The notes: generated by a model from the letters alone, not told the origin. Positions 30,473 to 40,768 are shown, counted from the stretch's first letter. The stretch is 64,000 nucleotides of DNA from Dehalococcoidia bacterium (GCA_963667205.1 OY762959.1:1342399-1406398); one strand, 5' to 3'. Numbers and translations are program-made.

Positions 30473-32227
30473 ACGATGTCCAGCTCAGATGCTCAGAACG
30501 GCCGAACGATAGACCAGGTCACCGCCGAGATTATCCGCAACTATTTCCTCTCGGCGGTACGCGAAATGACCAACGTAACCATCCGGTCGGCGTACTCCAC
30601 TTGCTTCAGCGAGGGGGTCGACTTCACCTGCGCGATCTTCGACGAACGAGGCCGTCTTTTTGCGCAGGAGGCCGGTTTGCCCGTGCACATCGGGGCCCTG
30701 GAGGACGAGCTTGAGGTCATGCTGGAAAAGGCGGGTGAGCTGGAAGAAGGAGATATCCTGCTTCACAACGATCCGTTTGAGGGCGCCAACCACCAGTCGG
30801 ACGTCGTGCTCGCCATGCCCGTCTTCTGGGAAGGCGAACTGATCGGCGTGAGCGTGAACCGCGGCCACTGGGCGGACATAGGGGCAATGTTCGCTGGAGG
30901 CTACGGCCTGGCCCGCCACGTAGCCCAGGAAGGGCTCATCATCCCTGTGTGCAGGTTGTACAGACGCGGGAAACTGGACCGCGAGGTGCAGGAGTTCATC
31001 CTCAAGAACATTCGGATGTCCAGCCTCGTATGGGGTGACATTCAAGCACAGGTTTCATCAGCTCAGACTGCTGCCACCCGAATGCGCGAGATCGTTGAAC
31101 GGTACGGCCTGAAGGTAGTGCGGGAGGCTATTCAGTACAGCCTGGACTATGCCCGGCACCGCTTTCTCGAGCGCATGGACGTCTTGCCCAACGGCATCTT
31201 CACGGCGGAGGACGTAATGGATGACGACGGGTTTGGCCGCGGCCCCTACCGCATCAAGGCGACGATCGAAAAGACGACCGACAAGATCAAGGTCGACTTT
31301 TCGGGCACGGACAAGCAGGCGCAGGGGGCGGCGAACTGTACCCTCGGCGCTACGAAGTCGGCGGTCATTACGGCGCTTAAGGCCCTCATCGACCCCGAGA
31401 TGCCCCTGAACTCCGGCATCCGGGGAATCGTCGAGATCAACGCGCCCGCCGGAACGATAGTGAATCCCACGTACCCGGCGCCGGTCTGCTGCGCGTCCGC
31501 TGATTCCACGGCGCGCATCTGCGAGACCATCCTCCGCTGCTGGGTGGATGCCGTTCCGGAACGCGCGCTGGCCGGGAGCTACAGCAGCGGCCTCAACTCA
31601 ACCGGCTGGGGCACGACCAGCAACGGCAAGGAGTTCCTCTGGTACATCTTCGGCCCCGGGGGCACCGGCGCGCGCCACACACGCGACGGCTGTGCGGTTG
31701 AGTGGCACTCAATGGCTTGCTGCGGCAACGAATCGATCGAGGTGTGGGAGTCCCGCTACCCGGTGCGTTTCCACAAGCGGGAGCTGCGCACCGACTCAGG
31801 CGGTGCGGGAAGAACCCGTGGTGGAGTGGGCGATGTGCGTGTCATGGAGTGTCTTGCGGAGACGCTGGTCAGCTCGTACCTGGACCGCTGGGAGTCCAGT
31901 CCCTGGGGCATCCATGGCGGCCTGCCGGCAGCCTGCAACGAGCTGGCTCTCGAGCGTGACGGCGCTGAAAGAAGCTTCAGTGAGTGCTTTGGCCTCCCGT
32001 CGCCTTCGAAGTTCGCGAACGTGACGCTGGCTCTTGGCGACCGATTCATCATGAGATCCGGCGGTGGTGGCGGCTACGGCCCGGCACAGGAGCGCGATCC
32101 GGAGCTGGTGGCACGCGATGTCAGAGACGGCTACGTGTCGGCGCAGTTTGCCCGGGAGGTCTACGGGGTTGCGCTGGCGCCGAACGGATCCGTCGACCGC
32201 GACGGAACACGAGCGCTGAGAGCCTGA
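30464..32227 (+). CDS. Hydantoinase B / 5-oxoprolinase B-subunit family protein (HyuB-like), stand-alone
   Basis: VTAEIIRNYFLSAVREMTNVTIRSAYSTCFSEGVDF is the conserved HyuB N-terminus. No HyuA lies adjacent. Confidence 0.9.
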   Translation: MAQTMSSSDAQNGRTIDQVTAEIIRNYFLSAVREMTNVTIRSAYSTCFSEGVDFTCAIFDERGRLFAQEAGLPVHIGALEDELEVMLEKAGELEEGDILLHNDPFEGANHQSDVVLAMPVFWEGELIGVSVNRGHWADIGAMFAGGYGLARHVAQEGLIIPVCRLYRRGKLDREVQEFILKNIRMSSLVWGDIQAQVSSAQTAATRMREIVERYGLKVVREAIQYSLDYARHRFLERMDVLPNGIFTAEDVMDDDGFGRGPYRIKATIEKTTDKIKVDFSGTDKQAQGAANCTLGATKSAVITALKALIDPEMPLNSGIRGIVEINAPAGTIVNPTYPAPVCCASADSTARICETILRCWVDAVPERALAGSYSSGLNSTGWGTTSNGKEFLWYIFGPGGTGARHTRDGCAVEWHSMACCGNESIEVWESRYPVRFHKRELRTDSGGAGRTRGGVGDVRVMECLAETLVSSYLDRWESSPWGIHGGLPAACNELALERDGAERSFSECFGLPSPSKFANVTLALGDRFIMRSGGGGGYGPAQERDPELVARDVRDGYVSAQFAREVYGVALAPNGSVDRDGTRALRA

Positions 32228-32358
32228 ACCGCGGCACCGCGGAGCCGGGTGGACTCGAAGTCGTGAGATACTGGAGGCGGAGCTGGACCGCGATCGTTGT
32301 AGTACTCGGCTCCCGGAGGTACGATCCAATCCCATGCACTCGATAAGGCGAACAGCTG

Positions 32359-32787
32359 TTGCCTAAGCCGATCGACGAGAAGCTCCTTCGTATCGGCCCG
32401 TCCTTTCCGGACGGCTGGTCGCTTGCGGCGCAGAAGTGCGGCGAATGCGGGACGATCTCCCATCCGCTGCGATACCGATGTCCGCGCTGCGGGGCCGACG
32501 ATCTTGCCGACGTCGTTCTCGAGAAGACCGGCACGATAAAGGCGCTGACGCGGGTCCACCAGACGAGCCCGGACTCCGTGATTCCGGCACCCTACTGGGT
32601 AGCCCTCATCCAGATCGATTCCGGCCCCGTCAGCGAGGCGGTTAGCGCCGCTCATACGAGCGGCGCGGACGTATCGCCCGGCGACCGTGTGACCCTTGTT
32701 CTGGACATCGTAGGAAACGACGAGGCGGGGGAAGAGATTGCCGCCTACCGATTCTCGACGGACATGGCAGCGGAGGTGACGACGTGA
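32359..32787 (+). CDS. DUF35 OB-fold / Zn-ribbon protein
   Basis: RYRCPRCGADD Zn-ribbon. Paralogous to 6736-7062. Confidence 0.85.
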   Translation: MPKPIDEKLLRIGPSFPDGWSLAAQKCGECGTISHPLRYRCPRCGADDLADVVLEKTGTIKALTRVHQTSPDSVIPAPYWVALIQIDSGPVSEAVSAAHTSGADVSPGDRVTLVLDIVGNDEAGEEIAAYRFSTDMAAEVTT

Positions 32788-33926
32788 GCAGGGATGTTGT
32801 TGTACTGGGTGTCGGACTCCATCCGTTCGGTCGTTGGCCCGACAAGACGGCCCCGGAGCTAGTGAGGGAAGCAGCGACGATGGCGCTGGACATGGCGAAC
32901 GTCTCGTTCAAGGACGTTCAGCTCGTCACCTGCGGCCGTGTGGAACCCAGCAGCGGGGGCGCCTTCGAAGCCGTATCTGAGCTTGGGATGACCGGCATCC
33001 CGATGATCACGACGGACATGGCCTGCGCCAGCAGCTCGACCGCGCTGCGCCAGGCCTGCCAGGCGATTGAGTTCGGCGTCGCCGACGTGGCGCTCGTCGT
33101 TGGGTTCGAGCGCATGGAACGCGGCCTCGTGAAGGCAGGCACGGAAGGCTCGTACAAAGACAAGCTGGGCCTGGGACTGATGCCGCCTCGCTACGCGCTG
33201 AAGGCGCAAGCCTACATCGAGAGGCACGACGTTCCCGTCGAGGCGTTCGCGCAAGTCTCGGTCAAATCGCACCGGAACGCCGCTCAGAACAAGTTCGCCC
33301 ATCACCAGAAGGAACTTTCGCTCGAAGACGTCCTCAACTCACGCATGATCGCCGAGCCGATCACCCTCTACCAGTGCTGTCCGACGAGCGATGGCGCGGC
33401 CGCCATTGTCGTCTGCGCCAGGGATGTCGCCGCACGCTACTCGCAGAAGTGGATCCGAGTCGCCGGGTGGGGCATGGGAACGCCTCGCTACGAAGATTCG
33501 CAGAGCCTCGAAACGGATGCGGACCTGACAGACGAGGTCGCCCGACGGATCGCAGGCGAGGCGTACGAGCGTGCAGGCGTCGGGCCCAAGGACGTGGGAG
33601 TCACCCAACTGCACGACGCATTCACCGCCGGCGAGATCGTGCGCATGGAAGCGCTGGGCCTCTGCGACGAGGGGGAGGCGGCACACCTTACCCTGAACGG
33701 CGAGACCGCGATCAACGGCAGCGTCCCCGTGAATACCGACGGCGGGCTCCTGAGCCGTGGCCACCCGCTCGGCGCCACCGGCGTGGCCCAGGTCGCCGAG
33801 ATCTACTGGCAGCTCCTGGGCGAGGCCGGTTCCCGACAGGTGGAAGGGCCGCCAAAGGTCGGTCTCTGCCATAACGCGGGCGGTGGCGCCAGCGCGGGCA
33901 TCGTCGTCCATGTCTTCGACCGCTAG
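32784..33926 (+). CDS. Thiolase-like lipid-transfer protein (Ltp)
   Basis: MSRDVVVLGVGLHPFGRWPDKTAPELVREAATMALDM... is close to the 5591-6745 product. Confidence 0.85.
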   Translation: MSRDVVVLGVGLHPFGRWPDKTAPELVREAATMALDMANVSFKDVQLVTCGRVEPSSGGAFEAVSELGMTGIPMITTDMACASSSTALRQACQAIEFGVADVALVVGFERMERGLVKAGTEGSYKDKLGLGLMPPRYALKAQAYIERHDVPVEAFAQVSVKSHRNAAQNKFAHHQKELSLEDVLNSRMIAEPITLYQCCPTSDGAAAIVVCARDVAARYSQKWIRVAGWGMGTPRYEDSQSLETDADLTDEVARRIAGEAYERAGVGPKDVGVTQLHDAFTAGEIVRMEALGLCDEGEAAHLTLNGETAINGSVPVNTDGGLLSRGHPLGATGVAQVAEIYWQLLGEAGSRQVEGPPKVGLCHNAGGGASAGIVVHVFDR

Positions 33927-33984
33927 CCGCGGCTGACTCCCGCCCGGCGCATTCGCCAGTTTTCGCGAGCCGTTCCTTGCCAAA

Positions 33985-34001
33985 GTGAGACATCTGCTCA
34001 C
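33985..34001 (+). promoter_or_regulatory. Perfect inverted repeat GTGAG-N7-CTCAC in the promoter region of the prpD-like operon (candidate operator)
   Basis: Read directly. It lies in an AT-richer stretch about 45 nt upstream of GTG 34048. Confidence 0.3.
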
Positions 34002-34047
34002 ATACTTACCGCGAAATAAGACTGCTTTGTAGTAAAGGAGGCGCGCC

Positions 34048-35439
34048 GTGGATGCCGCTGAAACCTTCACGCGCTTCGTTCATGGGCTAAGCTACGACGA
34101 CCTCTCGCCGGGAGCGATCGAGGTAACGCGCGTCGACGTTCTTGACACGATATCGACGATCCTGGGCGGCAGCGGTCAGCCGGGCTGCGGCGACGTCGTA
34201 GGCCTCGTCCAGGACTGGGGCGGCAAGCCGGAGTCCACGGTGCTCGTCTATGGCAATCGCGTTCCCGCGCCGATGGCCGCCTGGGCCAACGGCACGATGG
34301 GCCACGCGCTTGACTACGACGACACGTACGACCTGGCAGCCCCCCTTCACGCCGGTGTGTCCATCGTGCCGGCCGCGCTGGCCGCCGCCGAGCACTCGGG
34401 CGGCGTCTCGGGAAAGGCACTCATGACAGCGGTCGCTGGCGGTGTCGAGTTCATGTGCCGCATGAGCAAGGCAACGATCGGTGGCTTGAACGGATGGCAC
34501 CTGACCGCGGTCTACGGGACGCTGGCGAGCGCGATGGCTGCGGCCAAGGTGATGGGACTGGACGAACGAGGGATCTCGAACGCCGTCGGAATCGCCTACG
34601 CCAGCGCCTCCGGCAACCTGCAGTGCGTCGATGACGCCGCCCTGACCAAACGACTCCAGGCCGGCCTCGCCGCGCAGGGAGGCGTCCAGTCCGCGCTGCT
34701 GGCCGAGCGTGGGTTCACCGGCTCGTTCAACACGCTCGAGGGGGAGAACGGCCTGTTCAACGTCTACCACGGTGGCAACTACGACCCCGCGCCGCTGACC
34801 AACGGACTGGGCGAGATCTGGGAGATGGAGCGTTTGAGCTTCAAGCCGTGGCCGTCGTGTCGCTACACGCACACTTATGTCACCGCCACGCTGGACCTCG
34901 TGGAGAGCAACGATCTACAGGCCGCGGCGGTCGAAGAGGTCATCGTTGCGCCTCCTGTGCTCTGCGATCCGCTGGAAGTGAAACAGTCCCCGCGGACGAT
35001 CGTCGACGCTCAGTTCAGCGTGCCGTACACGGTGGCGCGCGCCGTGATTGGGCGCAAGGTTGGTATCGGCGACTTCACAGACGCTGCAATCGCTGATCCT
35101 GAGCTTCTGGAGATGACACACCGCGTTCACCCTCGGGCCGAAGACGAGATCATGGCCGGCTATTGGAAGCAAGTAACCGAAGCGATCGTCGAGATCCGCA
35201 TGACCGACGGCCGCTCGTTCAAGAAGAGGGTCGACTTCCCGTTCGGTCATCCCGATAACCCGATGCCGTTCGAGGCGTTTGTCGAGAAGTTCCGGGACTG
35301 CGCATCGTGGGCTGCCCGAACGATCGATGATGAAGCGCAGACGAGGCTTCTCACCGAGATCCGTCAACTTGAGACGCTTTCAGACGTCACCGGTCTCGTC
35401 GATCTGGCAGTCGGTGCTAAGGCGCCGGCCGCGAGTTGA
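34048..35439 (+). CDS. MmgE/PrpD-family protein (2-methylcitrate dehydratase family)
   Basis: Shows the typical MmgE/PrpD N-terminal and core pattern. Confidence 0.85.
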   Translation: MDAAETFTRFVHGLSYDDLSPGAIEVTRVDVLDTISTILGGSGQPGCGDVVGLVQDWGGKPESTVLVYGNRVPAPMAAWANGTMGHALDYDDTYDLAAPLHAGVSIVPAALAAAEHSGGVSGKALMTAVAGGVEFMCRMSKATIGGLNGWHLTAVYGTLASAMAAAKVMGLDERGISNAVGIAYASASGNLQCVDDAALTKRLQAGLAAQGGVQSALLAERGFTGSFNTLEGENGLFNVYHGGNYDPAPLTNGLGEIWEMERLSFKPWPSCRYTHTYVTATLDLVESNDLQAAAVEEVIVAPPVLCDPLEVKQSPRTIVDAQFSVPYTVARAVIGRKVGIGDFTDAAIADPELLEMTHRVHPRAEDEIMAGYWKQVTEAIVEIRMTDGRSFKKRVDFPFGHPDNPMPFEAFVEKFRDCASWAARTIDDEAQTRLLTEIRQLETLSDVTGLVDLAVGAKAPAAS

Positions 35440-35450
35440 TCTAGGGACGC

Positions 35451-36806
35451 TTGCAGGCCATGGCCGGCTCGATCGCCGAGAGGTTTGCGGCCTTCACGGC
35501 AGCGTTGGATTACGATGACCTGCCCGAGCCCGTCGTGGCGAAGTCGAAGGCCGCCCTGCTGTTCAACCTCGGCGTCGCCGTCCCCAGCTACCAGGAGGAG
35601 ACGATCCTGGCCGCTCGCCGGGCGGTGCTTGAGCAGTATCCGGCAGGCGAAAACGCGAGCGCCACGTTGCTCGGCCATCGCGACCGCGTATCGCCGATCG
35701 GTGCCGCGCTCTTCAACGGAATGCTGGGCCACCGCCGGGCGCAGGACGACACTTACGTCGCCGTGCACATGGGTTCGATCGTCACGCCCGCGGCACTGGC
35801 GGCGGCCGAGCTCTCCGAGTGCAACGGACGCGAACTGCTGACTGCGCTCGTCGCGGGCTACGAGGTGGCGGCCGCTGTCACGGAACGATACGGAGAGCGG
35901 ATCACCGAGCGCGGCTTCCGGCCGAGCTCAACGATCGCCATCTTCGGGGCCGCAGCGGCCGCATCACGGCTCCTCAAGCTGAGCGAGGACCAGGTCCGGC
36001 GCGCGATCGGCATGTGCACGAGCATGAGCATGGGCGTCACTCAGTGCTGGCTGGACGGATCGATGGAGTGGATCCTTCACATGGGCATGGCGGCACAGTC
36101 CGGCTTGCTCTCCGCGCTCCTGGCGCGAGGCGACTTTCCGTCTGCTATCAACGGATTCGAGGGGGAACGCGGATACTTGAACGCGTTTCACGGCAGCGCG
36201 GACGGCGCGAGCGATGTTGGGAACGACCTTGGCCGCGAGTGGCGGATCCTCGACGTGACGTTCAAGCCCTACCCGATCGGGATGGCGGCCCACGGCACGG
36301 TCAAGGCGACATTTGGCCTTCTGAAAGAGCACTCCCTGAACCACGAGGACGTGGAGCGCGTCGAGATCAGGATGAACCCGTTCAACGCAAGCTACCCCGG
36401 GCACGCCAGCGTCGGGCCGTTCCCAACTCCGGTGAGCGTCATCATCAGCTCGCCGTTCTGCGTCGCGCTGGCGCTGGTCGAGAGGCGCATTACCCTCGAC
36501 GGCCTGCAGCTGATCGACGACCCGAACGTGATGAGGATCTGCCGCAACTCAACGGTCGTGTCAGACGACCGCCTGGAGCACCTCTGCGCCGAGGTGGTGC
36601 TGACGATGCGATCCGGCGAGCAACTCAGCGGGCGGTTCGAGCCGGGCCCGGACGATCTGATCTACGGCTTCGATGAGACTCTGGAGCTGGTCCGGGGCGT
36701 CGCCGAGGACGAGGGCTATCCTCTGGAGCGGATCGAAAAAGCGGCGAGCGCAATCCGGACCATCGATGGCCACGAGCGCGCCGCTGACCTCACGTCGCTG
36801 ATCTAG
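35451..36806 (+). CDS. MmgE/PrpD-family protein, tandem paralogue
   Basis: Same family pattern as above (FAAFTAALDYDDLPEPVVAKSKAALLFNLG). Confidence 0.85.
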   Translation: MQAMAGSIAERFAAFTAALDYDDLPEPVVAKSKAALLFNLGVAVPSYQEETILAARRAVLEQYPAGENASATLLGHRDRVSPIGAALFNGMLGHRRAQDDTYVAVHMGSIVTPAALAAAELSECNGRELLTALVAGYEVAAAVTERYGERITERGFRPSSTIAIFGAAAAASRLLKLSEDQVRRAIGMCTSMSMGVTQCWLDGSMEWILHMGMAAQSGLLSALLARGDFPSAINGFEGERGYLNAFHGSADGASDVGNDLGREWRILDVTFKPYPIGMAAHGTVKATFGLLKEHSLNHEDVERVEIRMNPFNASYPGHASVGPFPTPVSVIISSPFCVALALVERRITLDGLQLIDDPNVMRICRNSTVVSDDRLEHLCAEVVLTMRSGEQLSGRFEPGPDDLIYGFDETLELVRGVAEDEGYPLERIEKAASAIRTIDGHERAADLTSLI

Positions 36807-36818
36807 ACGGCCGTGCGG

Positions 36819-37229
36819 TCAATCAGACCGATCGACGGCCCCCTCAACGTATTCGATGATATCGGTGATCGTTGTGTCGGGGCCAAAGACCTTGTGTACC
36901 CCGATCTCCGTCAACGTCGGGACATCCTGCTGCGGTATGATCCCGCCCGCCACGACGATGACGTCGTCCATCCCCAACTCCGCGAGATGCTTGAGGACTT
37001 GCCGGCAGTGCTCTTTGTGGGAGCCCGACAGAAAGCTCAGGCCGATGACGTCGACGTCTTCCTCCAGCGCCGCTGCCGCGACCATCTCCGCCGTTTGCCG
37101 CGGCCCTGTGTAGACGACCTCCATGCCGGCCTCACGGAGCACGCGGGCCACTAGCTTCGCGCCCATCTCGTGCCCATCAAGGCCGGGCTTCGCCACCAGG
37201 ACTCGGATCGGTCGGGATCTAACGGCCAC
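36819..37229 (-). CDS. Cobalamin (B12)-binding small subunit of a split acyl-CoA mutase
   Basis: IRVLVAKPGLDGHEMGAKLVARVLREAGMEVVY contains the DxHxxG B12-binding motif. Confidence 0.85.
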   Translation of the reverse strand: MAVRSRPIRVLVAKPGLDGHEMGAKLVARVLREAGMEVVYTGPRQTAEMVAAAALEEDVDVIGLSFLSGSHKEHCRQVLKHLAELGMDDVIVVAGGIIPQQDVPTLTEIGVHKVFGPDTTITDIIEYVEGAVDRSD

Positions 37230-37248
37230 CGGGAGGTCCTTTCCGTGA

Positions 37249-38988
37249 TCAGGCTGCGCGCGAGGGCTGATGCTGGCCGAAGGCCTCTCGCATCACTTCG
37301 AAGATCTCGCCCGCCGTGCAGTAGCTCCGGACTGCATCCAGCATAGCCGGCACGATGTTGTGCCCTGCCGTCTCTGCCTTGCGCTGGCAGGCGTCGCGCA
37401 GGTTCGCCAGGCCCTTGCTCGCCGTGGCGGCGTCGCGCTCGTCGCGGAGCTTCTGGACCCGTTCGACCTGACGCTGCGCCGTGTCTTCGGCGACCTGGAA
37501 GACCGGTACTACGGGCTCTTCCTCCTCCACGAACTTGTTGACGCCAACGACCACGCGATTACCGGCGTCGACCTCTCGCTGCCGGGTGACGGTGCCTTCG
37601 ACCATGCGCTCATCGTAGAGGCCGGCGTCTATCGCCTTCACGGCGCCTCCCATGGACTCGACCTGGTCCAGCAGGCGCTCGGCGTCCTTCTCCAGCCGCG
37701 CCGTCAGGTCCTCGACGAAGTATGAGCCGCCGAGAGGATCGACGGTGTTAGCGACTCCGCTCTCGTGGTGGATGATCTGCTTCGTGAGCTGAGCGACGCG
37801 AGTCGACTCATACGTTGGCAGCCCGAGCGCCTCATCGTAAGCCGGTGCCCAGATGTGCTCCACGCCGCCAAGGATAGCGGCCAGCACCTGGAGGCTCGCA
37901 CGGACAGTGTTGTTCAGAGGCTGAAGCGCCGTCATGAGCGTGCCGTTCGTGTACGTCGTGATGCGCAGGCCGAGGACTTTGGGATCGTCGCACGCGTAGC
38001 GCCTCTTCATGAACTTGGCGTATACCTTCCGGGCAGCGCGGAACTTGGCTGCCTCTTCGAAAAGGTCGCCGTCGGTGGACATGTGAAGGTCCATCGTGGG
38101 CACGATCTGCTCGAGCTCAAGGCCGCGCCGGAGCCCGGCGTCTACGTACGTCACGAAGTTAGAGATACCGAACGCGATCTCCTCGGCCGGCGTCACCCCA
38201 CCCCAGCGTACCTGTGTGCTGCACACGTACTGAGGCACCCACTGCGGCTGCTCCTTGATGATGTACTCGACGACGTCAGTAGCCAGCTCCACGGCGATCG
38301 GGATCCCGAAGATGTAGGTGCCCCTGCCGGTGTACTCCTTCAGCGGATCGTTCTGCAGCCGCACGCGCATATTCTTCGGATCGAAGCCTTTGGCCTCGCC
38401 GGCCGACTGGAAGAGCGCCAGGGCATAAGGGCCGATGCAGTTGCCGACGGTGCTCAGTCCCACCTGGTCCAGGGGGATGCCGTCGAAAAGTTGTTCGGCG
38501 TCCTTGAGTGAGCTCACCGCGACACCCGCCCGCCCCACCTCGCCGAAGGCCATCGGGTGGTCGGGGTCGTACCCGAGCTGTGTGGGAAGGTCCATCGCGA
38601 GAGTGAGCCAGTTCGCCCCATGGGAGACAAGCTCCCGGTATCTCTCGTTCGCGTCGCTGCTGTCTCCAAAGCCGGTGTAGAAGTCGTGTGGCCACTCGAA
38701 GTTGCGATAGCCGGCAGCGTAGCGGCCGCGCGTAAACGGATACTGCCCCGCCCAGCCGCTGTCGCGCTCGTAGACGTGATCGGCCACGTCCGCCGGGGTG
38801 TATTGACGCTTGACTAGATAATCGCCGCCCAGCGTGCGAAACTCATCCTTCGTCTCGGGCTTGGCGGACAGTTCCGCCTGCAGGGTGGTCTCTTCCCAGC
38901 GCTGATCAGCGGACAGAAGCCCTTCGACGTCGTCCCCGTTGCGGCTCCCGTTGGCCTGCTGCTTTCGAGTTTTCTCCGAGCGCGCCAT
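37249..38988 (-). CDS. Acyl-CoA (methylmalonyl-CoA-type) mutase large substrate-binding subunit
   Basis: Mutase TIM-barrel sequence (FTRGRYAAGYRNFEWPHDFYTGFG...). The start was chosen at ATG 38988, preceded by GGAGGA. The longer ORF upstream looks non-coding. Confidence 0.85.
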   Translation of the reverse strand: MARSEKTRKQQANGSRNGDDVEGLLSADQRWEETTLQAELSAKPETKDEFRTLGGDYLVKRQYTPADVADHVYERDSGWAGQYPFTRGRYAAGYRNFEWPHDFYTGFGDSSDANERYRELVSHGANWLTLAMDLPTQLGYDPDHPMAFGEVGRAGVAVSSLKDAEQLFDGIPLDQVGLSTVGNCIGPYALALFQSAGEAKGFDPKNMRVRLQNDPLKEYTGRGTYIFGIPIAVELATDVVEYIIKEQPQWVPQYVCSTQVRWGGVTPAEEIAFGISNFVTYVDAGLRRGLELEQIVPTMDLHMSTDGDLFEEAAKFRAARKVYAKFMKRRYACDDPKVLGLRITTYTNGTLMTALQPLNNTVRASLQVLAAILGGVEHIWAPAYDEALGLPTYESTRVAQLTKQIIHHESGVANTVDPLGGSYFVEDLTARLEKDAERLLDQVESMGGAVKAIDAGLYDERMVEGTVTRQREVDAGNRVVVGVNKFVEEEEPVVPVFQVAEDTAQRQVERVQKLRDERDAATASKGLANLRDACQRKAETAGHNIVPAMLDAVRSYCTAGEIFEVMREAFGQHQPSRAA

Positions 38989-39157
38989 GACGTCCTCCTT
39001 GACCTGCCCGGTCGCCAGAACGCCGGAGGCGCTTTGTCTGGCCGCCAGGTGACGAGGGGGATCGATGGCCGCATGTTGCCAGACCCCCAAACTCGAGGGT
39101 AGTTTAGCACAAGCGGAAACCGGAATAAGGGTTCTATCAAGCAGATCGGAGGAGACA

Positions 39158-39634
39158 ATGACTCTCGAGAACGTTGAGCAACGGCTGAGGAATCTGGAGG
39201 ATATCGAAGCAATTCGGACGCTCAAGGCTCGCTACTGCGCCTACTGTGACAACAGCTACGATCCGGACGGGATAGCCGGTCTCTTCGTGGACGAAGGCGT
39301 CTGGGATGGTGGTGACCGAATGGGCGAGTACAACGGCAAGGAGGCCATTCGCGACTTCTTTGCTGAGGCCTCCAAGATGTTTCCGTTCGCCCTTCACTAC
39401 GGGCTCAACCACACCATCGATGTTGACGGGGACAGCGCCCGCGGGACGTGGTTCCTCTTCATGGCGGCGACACGGCGCGACGAGCACGGCGAGCGGGCGA
39501 TCTGGAACGCACTGCGATACGAAGATGACCTGGTTCGCGTTGACGGCCAGTGGAAGTTCAAGCGGATTCGCGTAGCAGAGCGCTACTTCACGACTCCGTT
39601 CGACGTTGGCTGGGCGAAACAGGCGAGCCTCTGA
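39158..39634 (+). CDS. NTF2/SnoaL-like domain protein
   Basis: NLEDIEAIRTLKARYCAYCD pattern of the SnoaL-like fold. Start taken at the internal ATG. Confidence 0.55.
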   Translation: MTLENVEQRLRNLEDIEAIRTLKARYCAYCDNSYDPDGIAGLFVDEGVWDGGDRMGEYNGKEAIRDFFAEASKMFPFALHYGLNHTIDVDGDSARGTWFLFMAATRRDEHGERAIWNALRYEDDLVRVDGQWKFKRIRVAERYFTTPFDVGWAKQASL

Positions 39635-39732
39635 GCGGCGGCCACGGACCTTCGTTGACAACCTCTGTTCGCCTACGTACATTCGTCTTACGAACCACGT
39701 CGCGTTTGTGCGAGTGCGTATTGTACTGAGCC

Positions 39733-40752
39733 ATGGGAAGGTACCTTCGACGACGCCTACTGACCGCAGCCGTGGTTCTCGTCGGCATCTCGTTCATCTC
39801 GTTCGCGTTCGTCTACCTTCTGCCCGGCGACCCGGTCTCCTCGAGATACCCGAACATCACTGTGGAGGACCGCGAACGGATTCGCGAGCAGCTGGGACTC
39901 AACGACCCGCTACCGGCACGCTACTCGACGTACGTCACCAACCTCTTCCAGGGCGACTGGGGCGAGTCCTACAACACCGGTCAGTCGGTGGTCGAAGACC
40001 TCCAGGACCGTGTGCCAGCGTCACTGGAGATCGCCCTCTACTCGATGTTTCTTGCCGGCCTCGCGGGCAACGTTCTGGGGGTCTTATCGGCGCTGAATAG
40101 AGACCGGCGGGTCGACGGCATGATCCGCATGTTCACGAGCGCCACGTTGTCGGTCCCCGTCTTCTGGAGTTCGCTGATCTTCATCTATCTGTTCTTCTCG
40201 TTGATATCGATCGCACCGGCGCCCATTGGGCGGCTTCCCGTCGGCGTTGACTCGCCTGACAAGATCACCGGACTCTACACTATCGACTCGCTCTTAGCGC
40301 TGGACTTTCCCCTGTTCTGGACGGCTGCCAAGCAGCTGTTCTTACCTGTCCTGGCCCTGTCGTTGTTCCTTCTTTCGCCGATAACGCGCGTAGCAAGGGC
40401 GGCGATGATCGAGACGCTACAGCAGCGCTACATCCTGACCGCGCAGGCCCTTGGCGTCCCCTCACGCACGGTCATCCTGCGCGACGCAATGCCGAACTCA
40501 CTACTTTCGGTGATCACCCTGGTCGGATTCCTCTTCGGATATCTGGTGACCGGCGACGCCCTGGTCGAGAAGGTGTTTTCGTGGCCCGGCCTGGGCCTCT
40601 ATGCCGTCGATGCCGTCGCCACCAGCGATCACGCCGTGATTCAGGGGGCGCTCCTGCTTGTGGCTGTCTCAATCTTATCTATCAACGTCGCCGTCGACCT
40701 CTTGTACGGCGTCATCGACCCGCGCATTCGAGCTCAGTATGAAGTTAACTGA
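39733..40752 (+). CDS. ABC transporter permease (DppB-like)
   Basis: Multi-TM permease. Confidence 0.85.
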   Translation: MGRYLRRRLLTAAVVLVGISFISFAFVYLLPGDPVSSRYPNITVEDRERIREQLGLNDPLPARYSTYVTNLFQGDWGESYNTGQSVVEDLQDRVPASLEIALYSMFLAGLAGNVLGVLSALNRDRRVDGMIRMFTSATLSVPVFWSSLIFIYLFFSLISIAPAPIGRLPVGVDSPDKITGLYTIDSLLALDFPLFWTAAKQLFLPVLALSLFLLSPITRVARAAMIETLQQRYILTAQALGVPSRTVILRDAMPNSLLSVITLVGFLFGYLVTGDALVEKVFSWPGLGLYAVDAVATSDHAVIQGALLLVAVSILSINVAVDLLYGVIDPRIRAQYEVN

Positions 40753-40768
40753 GCCGATAGGTTAGAAG

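Noticed and set aside
33339-34070. Long ORFs antisense to, or in alternative frames of, real genes (for example 33339-34070 minus, 10578-11606 plus, 34087-34872 minus, 37765-38511 plus, 14562-15161 plus, 55689-56459 minus)
   Set aside because: They have the Arg/Ala/Pro-rich low-complexity composition typical of shadow ORFs in GC-rich DNA, and they overlap genes with clear family signatures on the other strand or frame.
37249-39225. Using the full 658-aa ORF as the mutase large subunit
   Set aside because: The first roughly 79 residues are low-complexity and lack an RBS. An internal ATG at 38988 is preceded by GGAGGA and gives a canonical-length protein.
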